Of a stretch of DNA of 64,000 bases, positions 38,485 to 51,558 are shown in pieces. Location of the stretch: NCBI RefSeq assembly GCF_006345805.1, contig NC_043001.1:53816001-53880000 (forward strand). Direction: 5' to 3'. How positions within the stretch are numbered: the stretch's first letter is position 1; each line of letters starts with the position of its first letter. The notes under the pieces were generated by a model, which was not told the DNA's origin, made no database searches, and saw only the letters and a program-made list of their open reading frames with translations. The translations under genes and the position numbers were made by a program. Source of the stretch: Octopus sinensis (Eukaryota).

Positions 38485-38597
38485 CATTGAAAATTGAATA
38501 CGGGTGGGGAAAATACGGGCTACCTTCCGACAATCATGCAAGCCTTTTCCCGTGTATGACGCAGATTCGTCGTTTGCACACCTACTTCAGAATATTG
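38485..38597 (+). other. Candidate 113-nt exon
   Basis: TTACTTTGTTTCAG| acceptor, TTG|GTGAAT donor, open frame LKIEYGWGKYGLPSDNHASLFPCMTQIRRLHTYFRIL. Confidence 0.2.
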
Positions 38598-38619
38598 GTG
38601 AATCCGATATTTGTGAATA

Positions 38620-38910
38620 TTATAATGATCATCATCAGCAGCAACATCATCATCATCACCACCTCTAGAATCCTCATCAAGCCTCATCGTCATCCTCCTT
38701 CCTTCTCCTCCTTCTCCACATTCTGATGGACTTCGTCATTAACATCAATGTCGTCGTCGTCATCGGTATCCTCGACATCACTATCATTATCATCATCCTC
38801 ATCACCATAACTACCACCACCACTATCGTCGTCATGAAAAGAAACAGCCTCATCAACATCGTTAAACAACCTGTTATCGAATTCCTCCTCATGAACATCA
38901 TGATCATTAA
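38620..38910. repeat. Degenerate (CAT)n/(GAT)n low-complexity tract
   Basis: Directly visible; gives Asp-rich or Ile/Met-rich ORFs. Confidence 0.8.
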
Positions 38911-39424
38911 CATGTTTGTCATTGCACACATTTACATTTACGTTGGTGCCTCTGAACCAGATAGAAGACTTAAATTTCAAAAGACAGATCATTAATGTCG
39001 TAACGTTTTTTGTTTAATTTTAGACCAGCTATAATTTACAGTAAAATTTACGAATTCTTTTAGCTAGAGTGCTTAAAATGTATTTCTTTTCTAATTATAA
39101 ATAACTGACTTGATTATCGGAATCTTGCATTGATATTAATTTTTCATCCAAATGTTTTTCAATGAATTACATCCAATGAGTGAGTAGGCAAACAGTGCGC
39201 TTTACTAATTTGTTTAGCAACCATGGGATTCGGATAACGAGATCTCTGTGTCAAATCGAGTTATGTCTTCTGTTATATTTTCGGAATCACCAATATATTG
39301 TGAGTAAATGCTGAGAATCTGAGTAAATGCTCATTGAATATATTTATATGTGCGTACACATGGTCCAGATATTAGACTTTTCGTATTGTTAAACAAAATT
39401 TCATCAAACTATTTCTCTCTCATC

Positions 39425-39437
39425 TATGATTTTATAT

Positions 39438-39529
<92 letters not shown>

Positions 39530-39715
39530 GTATACATATATACATATATACATATATACATGTATACATACATACACACATATATATATGCATACATATA
39601 CATATATATATATACGTCCATATTTATATATGTATGTACATGTATATATATATATATACATATATGTTTGTATGTATGTATGTATATATGAATTTATAAA
39701 TATATAAATACATAT
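39425..39715. repeat. (TG)n/(TA)n/(TACA)n compound microsatellite
   Basis: Directly visible. Confidence 0.95.
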
Positions 39716-42700
39716 CAATACAGAAAGGTATACAGAAAGAGAGAAAATGAGACGTGATCTAGGAATCCATATTACTTTAGCACTCCTGCGAATATCAAAT
39801 AGCAAATTTTCTAGAAAGGAACAAATCTTCAGTGCAATCGTGTATTTAACAGAAATTGAAATTCCAGGAACTTTTCTATAGTCGCAGAGTATGAAATAAC
39901 GTGCAATTGAACGAGTGTACCAGTAGCATTACTATTCCTATGTGATATCGTTTTCTACAATTATAGATCAAATTATTCATTTGACAGGGAAACGTATAAA
40001 AAATGATTATATAATGGTGGTTAGATAATTTTAAGCCCACTGTCATTTCATCATGAATGAATGAATAATTAAAAATCAATTCATAAATTCATTGACATAC
40101 ATTAATATATCCATTTAGTTGTGATGAAATGACTATGAGTATCACGTTGTTTAATGAATATTTTATAATCAATTTTCTATTCCTATTTTCCATACGATAA
40201 ATGATTTATTTAAACCATATGTCGGCAAAACGGCAGTAACCATGGAATATATGGCTATGTGCGTGAATGTGTGTGTTTATATATGTGTGTGTAAGTGCGT
40301 TTGTGTGTGATTGTGTGTGTGTGTGTGTAACTAGTCGGAATACTAAAAGTTACGTTATGTTTAAGTTAGTTATATTTCTGCCACACCATAATTCCATGTA
40401 CGTATCGGATAGTTCGTAAATAATTGAAATAGAAAATTGCCCAAGGGCTCTATTCTATTTTATATACTTTTCATCTACGACGTTGGACTTTTCTCAGTCT
40501 GTTGTGTGTGATGCTTCTAGCCAGTTCATGCGCTCTACACGTAGATGAGCTAAGATTACTAATAAATCCTTATTTCAATTAACCTAAAATTCACTTACGC
40601 CTAAACAATATTTGGCGTTCTTGCTTCTGAGCACTCTAGACTGAAGGAACACCTGACTACGAAGGTGTCTTGTGTCCGCCAACACTTAATCAAATGCAAC
40701 AACACCACCAAAGAAGTATACAACACCATATGTTTAGAATTTATTTTATTGATCATGTATATGAAATGAAATAAACTTTTGAATCCACACCCTAGTACAA
40801 AATATATATCTTAAAATAACTCCATCAAGGTATGGATTTAGAAACACCACCGCAAAAATGTATTTGCAATTTCGTGAATCCTTTTGTATAACAAATATGT
40901 AACAATCATATTCAACATGCTAGCTGATTTCTGTTGTATAATAATCAGATTATCTCGTTTTGCAAAATGCATGCCGTTTATATATATTTCAATACCATTT
41001 CAAATCCTTACTGGCTGTAACGACTTAAATGACCTACATGTTAGCACAATATATTACTAAACTTAACCGTAGATAGTTACTGGTAAGGCAGAGATTGCTA
41101 AATATTTAAAACAGTTTGCGTCTTCACGTTTATTTGAGAAAACCATCATGATATTAATCTTTAACGCAGTTTCAATTCCTCGTTAATTGACAGTTTACAC
41201 CAAAATTTATAAGCGAAATAAATATTTATAACTGATAAATTGTTAGCGCATAGCCTTTGAGACATTGTTCTCGAAATGCTAGCAGAATATGTGAGTCAAA
41301 AAGAATTTCGAATTAAGAATTGAGTGTACTTATTCACATTGGCTTTACTATTCTTAGAAAAATAAAAGTTAGGCATCTACAACTATATATAAATATGTGT
41401 AATAATAAACCTATCCCCAAGCACTGATATAAAGATTCTTCAAAGAAAATGTAAACCATTATTCTTTATGACAAGATACAATATATTATTATGCTTGAGC
41501 CTACATATAACATTAACACTATGGAAAAGAAGTTTGATGGAATGAAAAGAAAATTTAATAGAGAAATGTGTTAACACTTAGAAAAAAGAAAATGTGAAAC
41601 ATGTATCTGTGTGTTTGTGTAGGGGTGCGTATGAGTATATCCACAAAAAGTCTATATACCCACAGAAATGTTTCGTGCATCTTCGCGCTTTCAGAAGAAA
41701 GAGAACATATACCAAGAAAAGTGTTAAGCAAAGAGAGAGAGGGAGATACAGAGAGGAGAATGAGGAAGAGAGAGAAAGAAAGAGAGGGAGAGGGAATTGT
41801 TTTGGCTGTGCAGTTGTTACTATTCAGATAGAAGAGAAAGTTGTACGGGCGTAATAATCTCACCAACAGGAACCTTTAATATAGGTTACAAACATAGTAC
41901 TCTGTTTTGTATATGGTTAGACATATTGTTCAGTATTGGGGTGTCAGTTTTAATTGTGTTATGGTAGTAATTTCGAAGAAAATATTTTTTATTCAACTTT
42001 ATTTGTTTCAAATCATCAATTATTTGAAGCAAGGTGTCATATATTAGGACTTATACACAATGTTTCCTCAAGCACTATTGTTAACGCTACGACAAAATAG
42101 TGTCTGCTTCCATATAGCTCCCCTTTTAGAGAAATGTAAAAATTTAATTCAATATTCAATAAGAAAGTTATTTCTCCCATCCTATTTCCCTTCTCGCAGG
42201 ACCAGACCCTTGAGAAACATTTTTTTATTGTATGCACCTTCGTGCAGTACAATGGTGAAAGCCCACGAAATAGTCATTTATGCATAATAAATACTAATGA
42301 AGTTTTTCAATAAGATTTTTTGTTTAACTAAGATAATGAATATCATTAAAAATATTATTCATATAATCTACATGTTCAGTTATAAGGGGAATATTCATTC
42401 GGTAAAAAATATTTGTATTCGTAAAGAGGATCTTTATCTCACATAATGTCCAAAAATGTGTAGGTACAATTTTTCAACAAATAATAAAATTACAATTACA
42501 TTTTTCAGTAAAACGGACGCGTACTTCGCAACAACCCAAGAATAATCAGAGTTCCAACTACAAAGAATAAGTTCTTTAAGATCTTCAAAAGATTATTAAT
42601 CGCCGAAATATAAAAATAACACGGCTATATTTCAACAAGCTGAAATATGCAAAGCACGCACCAAACTAAATAATTCTTTCACAACTTTGAATACTTTCAT

Positions 42701-43671
42701 TTCTCGTCAGCTTAATATTTCCATAAAATCATATTCTTCTACGTTTAACTGATTGTGAATCAATATTATATTCAGGAACCCTGTACAAATAGAGTCATAT
42801 TGATTTAAAAAACTGAAACACTGCCAACGTCACGTACATGAACATGAAACAGATGTGATTTTCGTGGAGAGAAATGATACCAAGTCGGGAGTGTATGTTA
42901 GAAGTTAATAAATAATGTTGCCGATACGTACACAGCGACGTAATAATTGCTCAATATAAGTTAGATCAGTTATTATTTACGATTATTGTCTGAAATACCT
43001 TGTCTGATACAAGTGTATTACACTTGAGTATATGTTCTCTCCATGTCGCGAATATTTCTCTTATACAACATGAATTTTCAAGTAATCAAACGACTTTATA
43101 TCAATCTATTTTTGTTGCATTTGTAATGACTATGTAGAAATAACATGTATGCTGTTGAAATAGTTGATTGCAGATCAACACTTCGTCGGAATATGCGATG
43201 TAAACGCGGAGTTCATTTAGTATAAAAGGCCTAGGGTCGAATGTACAAAGAGGAAGTGAGTTACAGACTGAAAGGTTGTTTTATGATCAAATGAATGTTT
43301 ACACATGCACATGAAATAGAAAAGAAATCGACTTTGATAATGCTTCTATAAAAGCTATATTGAAACGGAACAACGCAGACTGATATAAAGGAATTAAGGT
43401 AATTTCAGTATGCAAAATATCTATTTCAGTGAAATAATAACGTGTATATGTAAGTCGCGCTCACATAAAATTTTATCATTGAGATGTGTGTAGAACTACG
43501 GCTTTACCTCAAACCTGTACTTACAGGATAGGTTTAGCTACGTGAGTAACTACAAAGCGTAAATCATGTATATACTGACGGAAAATTCTCTAACAACGTG
43601 TATATTAAAGTTTTGCATGACTTACATCTCAAAAATTGAAACCATTAATACTACTTTTGATGTTTAATGTC

Positions 43672-43856
43672 ATGAGCTGGCGGAATCGTTAATACACTGG
43701 GTGAAATGTTTAGAGGCATTTCGTCCGTCCTCACGTTCGGATTTCAAATTCCGCCGAGGTCGATTTTGCATTTCATTATTTCAGAACATAAGGAAGGACA
43801 AAATGCTCCAAAGCACTGTGCCCCACGTGCTTACGATTCTGCCAGCTCGCCGCCTT
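43672..43856. mobile_element. Two truncated S1 SINE heads facing each other (+ at 43672-43775, - at 43828-43856)
   Basis: GAGCTGGCGGAATCGTTAATAC on +; GGCGGCGAGCTGGCAGAATCGTAAGCAC on -. Confidence 0.75.
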
Positions 43857-43859
43857 AAT

Positions 43860-43884
43860 AATGATGAAGATGATGATGATGATG

Positions 43885-43961
<77 letters not shown>
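43860..43961. repeat. (GAT)n(AAT)n microsatellite
   Basis: Directly visible. Confidence 0.95.
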
Positions 43962-43966
<5 letters not shown>

Positions 43967-45784
43967 GAACTGGATGCGGATATAAATGTTACGGCAAAAC
44001 GATCAGCCACCTTTTATATATGGATGACCTAAAACTATACGCTGCAAATGACAAACAGCTGGAAACACTATTAAAGACAGTTCATGGATTTACCAAAGAA
44101 ATAGATATGAAATTTGGATTAGAAAAATGCGCCAAAGTAACCCTGAAAAGAGGAAAACTAGTTAAGAGTAGCAACATCACACTAGATAAAACCAATGAAA
44201 TAAAAGAATTAGAACAAAGCAAAACTTACAAATACTTAGGAATCCATGAACTAGATAAGACACAACACACACAAATGAAAGAGAAAATAAAAAAGAATAT
44301 TATAGACGAGTTAGATCAATACTAAAAACAGAGCTCAATGCTAAAAACAATAAATACGTATTAACACTTTAGCTGTCCCAGTTATAAGCTACAGCTACAA
44401 TATCCTTAACTGGACACTAAATGAACTGACCAAAATAGATAGGAAAACAAGAAAAATAATGACAGGATCTAGGATGCATCACCCAAAATCTGATATAGAA
44501 AGACTATATATACAACGTATAGAAGGTGGTAAAGGCCTTATACAGCTGGAAAACTACTATAAAATAACCACCATAGGACTGCAAAAATATCTACTTCAGA
44601 AGGAAGGAAAACTGATACAAATAGCGGCAAAACACAGGCAAAACAAAAAACTGTTCTCAGTATTTAAGGAAGCTGACAAATACAAATAAGAAATCATACC
44701 ACCTAACAAATATGAAGAAGAAGAAGAAGAAGAAGAAGACGAAGAAGAAGAAGAAGAAGAAGAAGAAGAAGAAGAAGAAGACGAAGAAGAAGAAGAAGAA
44801 GAAGAAGAAGAAGAAGAAGAAGAAGAAGAAGAAGAAGAAGAAGAAGAAGAAGAAGAAACAACAAAAGCTATAAAACAAACGAAATCCAAACTAAAACTAG
44901 AATAGCAAAGAACCATGATAAAACGATGGCAAGAAATGCCCCTTCATGGTAAATACTGGACTAAACTAAATGCAAAAGAAATAGACAAAGAAAATCCCAG
45001 CAATGGTTGAGAAACTCAGGACTCAAAACAGAGACAGAGGGATTTTTAATTGCAGCACAAGACTAAAGCCTCCCCACCAGAAATTACAAAAAACATGTAA
45101 TGAAATGAAATATAACAAGTAACTGCAGAATATGTGGAGATGGACAAGAAACAATAAATCAAATTATCTCTGGCTGCCCAGTCCTGGCTAAGAAGGAATA
45201 TATTCACAGACACTACAGAGTTGGGAGCTACATACACTGGAAGCTATGCCAACATTATGGAATAACAACAGAAAAAAGATGGTATAGGCACACACCAGAA
45301 AAGGTCACAGAATACGAGAAAGCAACCATACTCTGGAATATGCCGATACACACAGATAGAGAAATTAAGGCCAACAGACCAGATATAGTTGTCAGAGATC
45401 ATGAAGAAAAAAAAAATTCTAATTGATGTATCAATACCAGCAGATGACAACGTGTCTCTAAAAGAAATGGAGAATCTTTCAAAATACAAAGACCTGGAAA
45501 TAGAGGTTACCAGAAAGTGGAATCTAAAAACAGAAACAATTCCTATCATAGTAGGTGCATTAGGCATGATAAAAAATATTCAGGCAAATACATAACAAAA
45601 ACACCAGGACTTACAAACACATATAACATACAGAAAATTGCACTACTAGGCACTGCACACATCCTACGCAGAACACTTTCCATACAATAACCATCACAGC
45701 ATCACAACAAATCACAGCACATATCCAAGGCACAGGGAGATGCGCTCGGTTGTGAAGTGAAAGCAGGCTATAAAAAGAAAACTA

Positions 45785-45788
<4 letters not shown>
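43962..45788 (+). mobile_element. R4/Dong-like RLE retrotransposon, 5'-truncated, between (AAT)n tracts
   Basis: ISHLLYMDDLKLYA, MKFGLEKCA, YKYLG, MHHPKSDIERLYIQRIEGGKGL, zinc knuckle CRICGDGQETINQIISGCP, KANRPDIVV, LIDVSIPADDN, IPIIVGALG. Confidence 0.92.
44714..44857 (+). repeat. (GAA)n inside the Dong-like ORF, in frame (poly-Glu)
   Basis: AAATAT-GAA..GAA-ACAACAAAAGCT, about 48 codons with two GAC interruptions. Confidence 0.9.
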
Positions 45789-45849
<61 letters not shown>

Positions 45850-45945
45850 TAACAACAACAACAATAATAATAACAATAACAACAACAACAACAACGTCGA
45901 CGACGACGACGGGATGATGATGATGATAATGATGATATTAATAAT
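45788..45945. repeat. Compound (AAT)n-(AAC)n-(GAC)n-(GAT)n microsatellite
   Basis: Directly visible. Confidence 0.95.
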
Positions 45946-46544
45946 CATAGAGAAATTTCAGGACAGAGCTAGAGTGATGAAGAAAACTGTGGAAGACTTA
46001 GACGATAAATATAATTGTAACAACTAATTGTGCTACCTATTACATAAGAGGTTGATAGTTTTGAAAATCAGAATGACATTCTCGACCTTCAGGCAGGCAG
46101 TCCTATATTCTACATGAATGCCAAGAAGATTCTTCAGATTTGAGAAAAACCTATGTTCACCAAACCTCAAACAATATCTCTACAAAATGATATGGCATCT
46201 AAGTGTCATAAACGAATAATAAACATCTCTACTGCAAGCACAAAGCATGAATGTGGCTAATCGAGTACATCGATCCCAGTACTGAAATGGTTCACATTTC
46301 ATAAATTCTAGAAGGATGAGAAGCAAATGGAGGACAGTGGTATTCAGAATATAAGGAGCAGAAAGAAACGACAGAAAGCATTTTGCTCGAATTCTTAAGA
46401 ATTCTGCTCTTAACAACATCATCATTAATAGCAACACTGACAATAAAAGATCAAAATAACAAAAACAACAACAATAATAATAATAATAGTGGTTTAACAT
46501 TTTGATTCAAGGCCAGCGATCCAAGTACAGTGATTCAAGTACTC

Positions 46545-46706
46545 AGCTGGTTTTAAGAATTTTATCGATTTCGAGATGAAATTCAAAATCGTCCTCAGCA
46601 GAATTTCATCCTTTCGCGGTCGATGAAATAAGTTCCAGTTACGAAATGGTGTCGACGTAATCGACTAGCCTCCTCCCCCCAAATGTAGGGCTTTGTGCCT
46701 TTAGTA
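46545..46706. mobile_element. S1 SINE fragments (minus partial joined to a plus 3' half), interrupted by a hAT MITE
   Basis: CATCCTTTCGCGGTCGATGAAATAAGTTCCAG..CCTTTAGTA; the tail resumes at 47041 (GAAAGTATTATT). Confidence 0.7.
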
Positions 46707-47032
46707 CAAAGGTTCTCAAAGTGGGCGCTACCGATCCCCGGTGGGCATTGAGACGGTCCAGATGAGTTTCTGGTGCTTAAGGTTTCTAGTGATACGGTAG
46801 AGATAAAGGAGACTTTGGAAAGAAGGCAGTGAATTGGGGGATGCTATGAATTTATTATAATGCTATTATAATATTGTATACAAATTATATAATATTATGT
46901 TAAATATCAAATGATTTATATTATATATAAATTAGTAAGATATAAAATGTGCATTTATACATAAAAAATAGGGGTGGGGCGCTGAAGGTATTATGTGGCC
47001 ATGAGGGGGGGCGAAAAGTTTGAGAACATCTG
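46707..47032. mobile_element. hAT-type MITE with 8-bp TSD CTTTAGTA
   Basis: TIRs CAAAGGTTCTCAAA / TTTGAGAACATCTG; identical 8-mers at 46699-46706 and 47033-47040. Confidence 0.85.
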
Positions 47033-47042
47033 CTTTAGTAGA

Positions 47043-47045
<3 letters not shown>

Positions 47046-47086
<41 letters not shown>

Positions 47087-47094
47087 TATTATTA

Positions 47095-47143
<49 letters not shown>

Positions 47144-47171
47144 CATCATTATTATCATTATTATTATTATT
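47046..47171. repeat. (ATT)n microsatellite
   Basis: Directly visible. Confidence 0.95.
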
Positions 47172-47395
47172 AAGGCGGGGAATTGACTGATTCGTTAACA
47201 CTGGGTAAAATGCCTAAAAAATATTTTGTATGTCTCTACGTTCAATGTTTAAATTCCGTCGAGGTCAACTTTACATTTGATCATTTCAGGGTCAATAAAA
47301 TAAGTACCATCTGAACATTCGGGTCTATATAATTGACTCAAACCCTCCCCTATAGAGCTATCTTTGTGGCAAAATTTGAAACAATTTTGATTATT
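47172..47395 (+). mobile_element. SINE S1, decayed
   Basis: AAATTCCGTCGAGGTCAACTTTAC..GGGGTC-like..AAAATAAGTACC; ATT tail. Confidence 0.8.
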
Positions 47396-47400
47396 ATTAT

Positions 47401-50400
47401 AGACACCGCACAGTATACAATATCGTGGGGTTGGTGATTGAAGATATTGTGACAAGTAGGACCACAGACAGATGGTATTTTACGCAATATGAGTGCAGTT
47501 CCAATCAATACCGACTTTTGCAATATTCCTAAATTGTAATGTATTTCTAAGGTCAGATGTTTTTTTCAGATTGGGTAATATTGAATCCAATGCCCCGATG
47601 ACATTAGGGATAAACTATGTTTGACACTCGTAGCTGCCACATTCTCAGGTTTCCATATTTATCAATCTTTTGTCTTTTTTTCATGATGATATGTTGATCT
47701 CCTGGCACTGCTACGTCATTTATTAGGCACTCTTGTTTGTCCCTATTAAAGGTTACTATATCCGGCCTTCAGTGTTCTAATACCTTGTCTGTTTGGAAAT
47801 CAAAGTCCCAGAGGCTTTTTGCCTTCACCTGTTCAACCATTACCTGTTACGGTGTATGTTGGTACCAAGCACCCGTTACTGCTCATCAATTATTACGGAT
47901 TAGCAGCCAGTGGAGGTTTTGGGCTACCTTGTCGTGTCTACGCCTGTACGCTTTCTGCACAATACTTTTACAAGCACAAACAATGTGATTCACTCCTTGG
48001 ACTCTCTTCCCATACATTCTGCAGAGGTCCGTTTCACTTGTGTAGTATATATACTTTTTCACTGATCTGGTATTCAATGCCTGGTCCTGGGTAGCGTTGA
48101 TTAGGCTTTCAGTATTCTTTTTGGGGTCACCCTTGTTAAGCCACCTCAATGATGCTTCGGGGTCTTTTAATTTTTGCTAAATCCTTCTGCATTAGCAGCA
48201 AACTGTAGCAGGTGCTATTTGCTGTTTACCAAATATCCTGCTATGTTTCTGCTTTCAATGTTGTTGCACTCCCGTACGCCAATGAACCCACGTCCAACTT
48301 TAACCATCTTCATGTAGAGCCTGTATACATTTGCCTTAGGGTGGAGGGCACTGTAAATTGTCGTTGTCTTTCGGATAGTGCGATCGAGTTGGTTAATCAG
48401 GATGAGTGAACTCCAGCGGACTAAAGCAATCGCCCATATGTTAATGACATTCACAAGGTTCCTTGAGTTGAGCTTTGATTTCAAGAGAGTTTTAACGCGC
48501 TTCGAATATCCAGTGATAGCCTTGTCTTTCATTTCTTTATGCAAGATATTGTCCAGCTCCAAGATCCCAAAGTACTTGTACCCCTCATCACCCGGGTCTT
48601 CCATTCTCTTTCCGTTTGGTAATTCCATGCCCCTACAATTTACTCTTTTACCCCGCGTCAAATAATCACCGCACCCTTCGAGATACCGAATTCCATCCCT
48701 ATACCCTTGCTGCATATTTGAACAGTCCCAACCAGCCTCTTCATTACAGGTCCTAGGAAGATACCATTTTTATTGTTACTTTGGCTAAATGCTGGTTGTT
48801 ACAGGCAAGATGTGTTTTCCAACTAGGCATGCTGTTCAATTATTCCAAACAGGCCGAGTGTTTCCAAGATGCACGAATGCGGCAACATGTCAAGTCTTTT
48901 TGAAGTCTATCCAAGCAATGCATAAGTATTTTTGGAACCGTTTACAATTCTTCGTTATAATCTTGTCTATCACAAGGTAGTACATGGTACTCTTGGATCC
49001 TTTTCGACATCTCTTTTTTTCAACTGGAAGAAGATTGTTTTCCGCAAGGAAAGTACGTATATTCCCTGCGAGGATACCGGTTAATACTTTCCGTAGGAGG
49101 TTAAGGCAAGTGAAAGGTCGATTATTGTCAACCTGATTGCCCTTTGGGCGATATTTCAATAAAAATGTTGTTTTACCTTTCTACCGGAACTGCACCGCCC
49201 TGTAGGAAATTGTCTAATTGCAACACAATTCTCTTGTGTGTTGACCTAAACCACTTGAGCCAGTAGCCTTGAATTGCGTCTGAATCTACCGCTTTCCAGT
49301 ATGGGAGTTTTGATACCTGTGCAATGACATCTTCCGTTGTTATGTGCACATGGTCCTGTCATGGAGCTTCCGGGTGATGGATTTCGGATCTCACGAAATG
49401 AATCCACTCAGCACCGTGTTTTGGGGGAAAATTCTTGACCCCAGATGTTATTCCAAACTTGGTGGGTTTCTTCTGCTCCAGATGTATTACTTTCTGTATT
49501 TCCTCCTAAGCCCTTAAAAAACTGTCTCTGGTTATTTGAGAATAACCGGTTTTACTGGAACTGCGATATGCGATCAGTGTAGCGCTGCATCCTTAATGTT
49601 TTTGCCGCACACAGTTTTAGGGCTTCGCTGATAGCTTTGAATGCTTTCTTTTCTATTTGATACTTCGCAACAAGATATGGCCTTGTACATTTTTTTGTTT
49701 TTTTGCGTTTTTCCATGCCCTTTGGGCCACTCTTCTATGCGGCTAAGATCTATACGCAAAGTTAAAATATCGCCTTCAATTCTCCGTTTCCACCCTGGCT
49801 CCTTCTGCCCGTCTACTTTCCTCTTTTTGTTTCCAACCAGTTCACCTACAACATCCCTTGTTTCCGTTAGTTCTTTTGTCAGAATGTATTTTAAAATCTC
49901 ATCAACTTTTAGGATCGCGCATTTCACAGTTACGGTCGAAGCTTCTTTAATTCACCGACTTGGTCTCTGTTTTTGTAATTACTATATCCCCGAGTCTTAT
50001 GCTTAGGTTCGTTTGTTCCTCACACATATCCTCTCCTAATTCAGGGTCTTCTACCTTATTTTGATTGGCAGGCCTCTCCACCACTACAACATAACCTAGG
50101 TTACGCATTTGCTGACCTCCATCTACGTTAATCTCACTTCTACAGAGGTTTTCTTGATTGTTTTTTATCTGGGCTTCATTAAAAAAGCTACTCCGAATTA
50201 TTCTTATCTGATTCATGAGCCCATTTCCAGTAATCTGGAACATACCCAGCTGGTTCCAAAGTTCTAATTGTCTTTATCTGTCAGCTTTTAATTTGCCATT
50301 GTTCTTGTCTAGCTAGGCTTGTTCATGGCACTGGGTTGCCTTTTGGTTCATATCAACAGTCCACTTCAGTTTGCGAGCACGTTGCATATTTTGACCAGTA

Positions 50401-51252
50401 CAAGGAATATATCTTGTAGTATGGCTAGCAGTTGTTGGGTTACGACCAGGACCACCCTGCTGCACAGTAGGGCACCAACCGAGCGCAGCATCTTTACCAT
50501 TGGTTCCAGTCCCATTCACACTGTTCTCATCATTTATTTTGCTTGGTATTTTCACTCACTAAGGTGGTATACTTTTAGGTTACTACTGAACGGTACTTTT
50601 ATCAAGAAACTATCTCTCCACCAAGGTGGAGCGAACCTTGTTTCCCTAGTTTTTGACTTAGAGAGCTTCTTCTCCCCGGCTGCTTGCTACCCATGTACAG
50701 CTTACCAGGAGCACTGATTATTTGATGGCGCCAGATACTCGCCTTTTCTCACACTTCTCCTGTTGGTTTGACGAAGGAGCCAACCAAGACTTTAGAGTAC
50801 CTACTACCCATAAGTTGGGCCTGTTCCCTTCGCATTTCTGTTTGTTAGGGACCAGGATTATGTTTCTCATTAGGAGACAGGAGAGCATAAGTTGATCTCG
50901 TGTCTTCATCCAAATATTACTTCGGTGTTAAGTCCCGATTCGCGGTTCATTTGCCTTCATCTCAGGCACGGAGACGTTGGGCGCTGACAGGTTGTCACCA
51001 CTGTCGCTAAGGAGTCCTATCTACCCCAGTTTTTTTAATTAGAGTGTTCCTTCTCCTAGACAGACTACAAACCAAAGCTCACGCGTTTTGTCTACCCGTT
51101 TTCGGAATGGCCATTGACTCTTTTAGGTTCCTCTGCTCTTTGCCAGTATTTGTGTTTAATATGGCAGAATGAAGAAAATCCACCCTCCTTACGAAGCAAG
51201 TTTAGTGGGGTTGCCGGTTTAGTCGCCGACGACTCGAAGATTTCACAACGCC
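47401..51252 (-). mobile_element. Near full-length R4/Dong-like RLE retrotransposon, multiply frameshifted
   Basis: N-terminal RKLKWT..NQIRII, PGWKRRIEGDI; RT RPFTCLNLL..LPVEKKRCR..IDKII..AWIDFKK; YKYFGILE..KSKLNSRNLV..LHPKANVYRLY; knuckle CRMYG..NHIVCAC..RRHDKV; (TAA)n on both sides. Confidence 0.92.
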
Positions 51253-51263
51253 TATTATTAATA

Positions 51264-51317
<54 letters not shown>
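51253..51317. repeat. (ATT)n microsatellite
   Basis: Directly visible. Confidence 0.95.
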
Positions 51318-51318
<1 letters not shown>

Positions 51319-51558
51319 AAGCTTGAAAATGTCTCATATCTCACCCCTATGTTGTAATTAAGGAAAGTTTTATTCTTTGTATAAGGGGTCACTATCTGTG
51401 ATCTTAGCCAGCCAAGAATCTTCGAATGTTCTTCGCCTTTCCTAAAAAGCAGGTTAGTTGTATGTATTCTATGTGTTTCGTACATCAACGAGGACAGACA
51501 ATGTGAACTGACGTGCAATCTATCCAGTTTAATGTAAGATGCATAACCTGTATAATAT

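Noticed and set aside
43215-43265. TATA-box promoter (TATAAAAG) with nearby GTGAGT donor
   Set aside because: Expected by chance in AT-rich DNA, and the implied first exon would be only a few bases.
45950-46250. Fifth R4-like 3' end
   Set aside because: Only a vague resemblance to the LQKAVLLG..RILR tail; too decayed to support.
50960-51252. HDV-like ribozyme called as a feature
   Set aside because: Only a possible P1 was found; P3, P1.1 and J4/2 could not be placed. Kept as a low-ranked finding.
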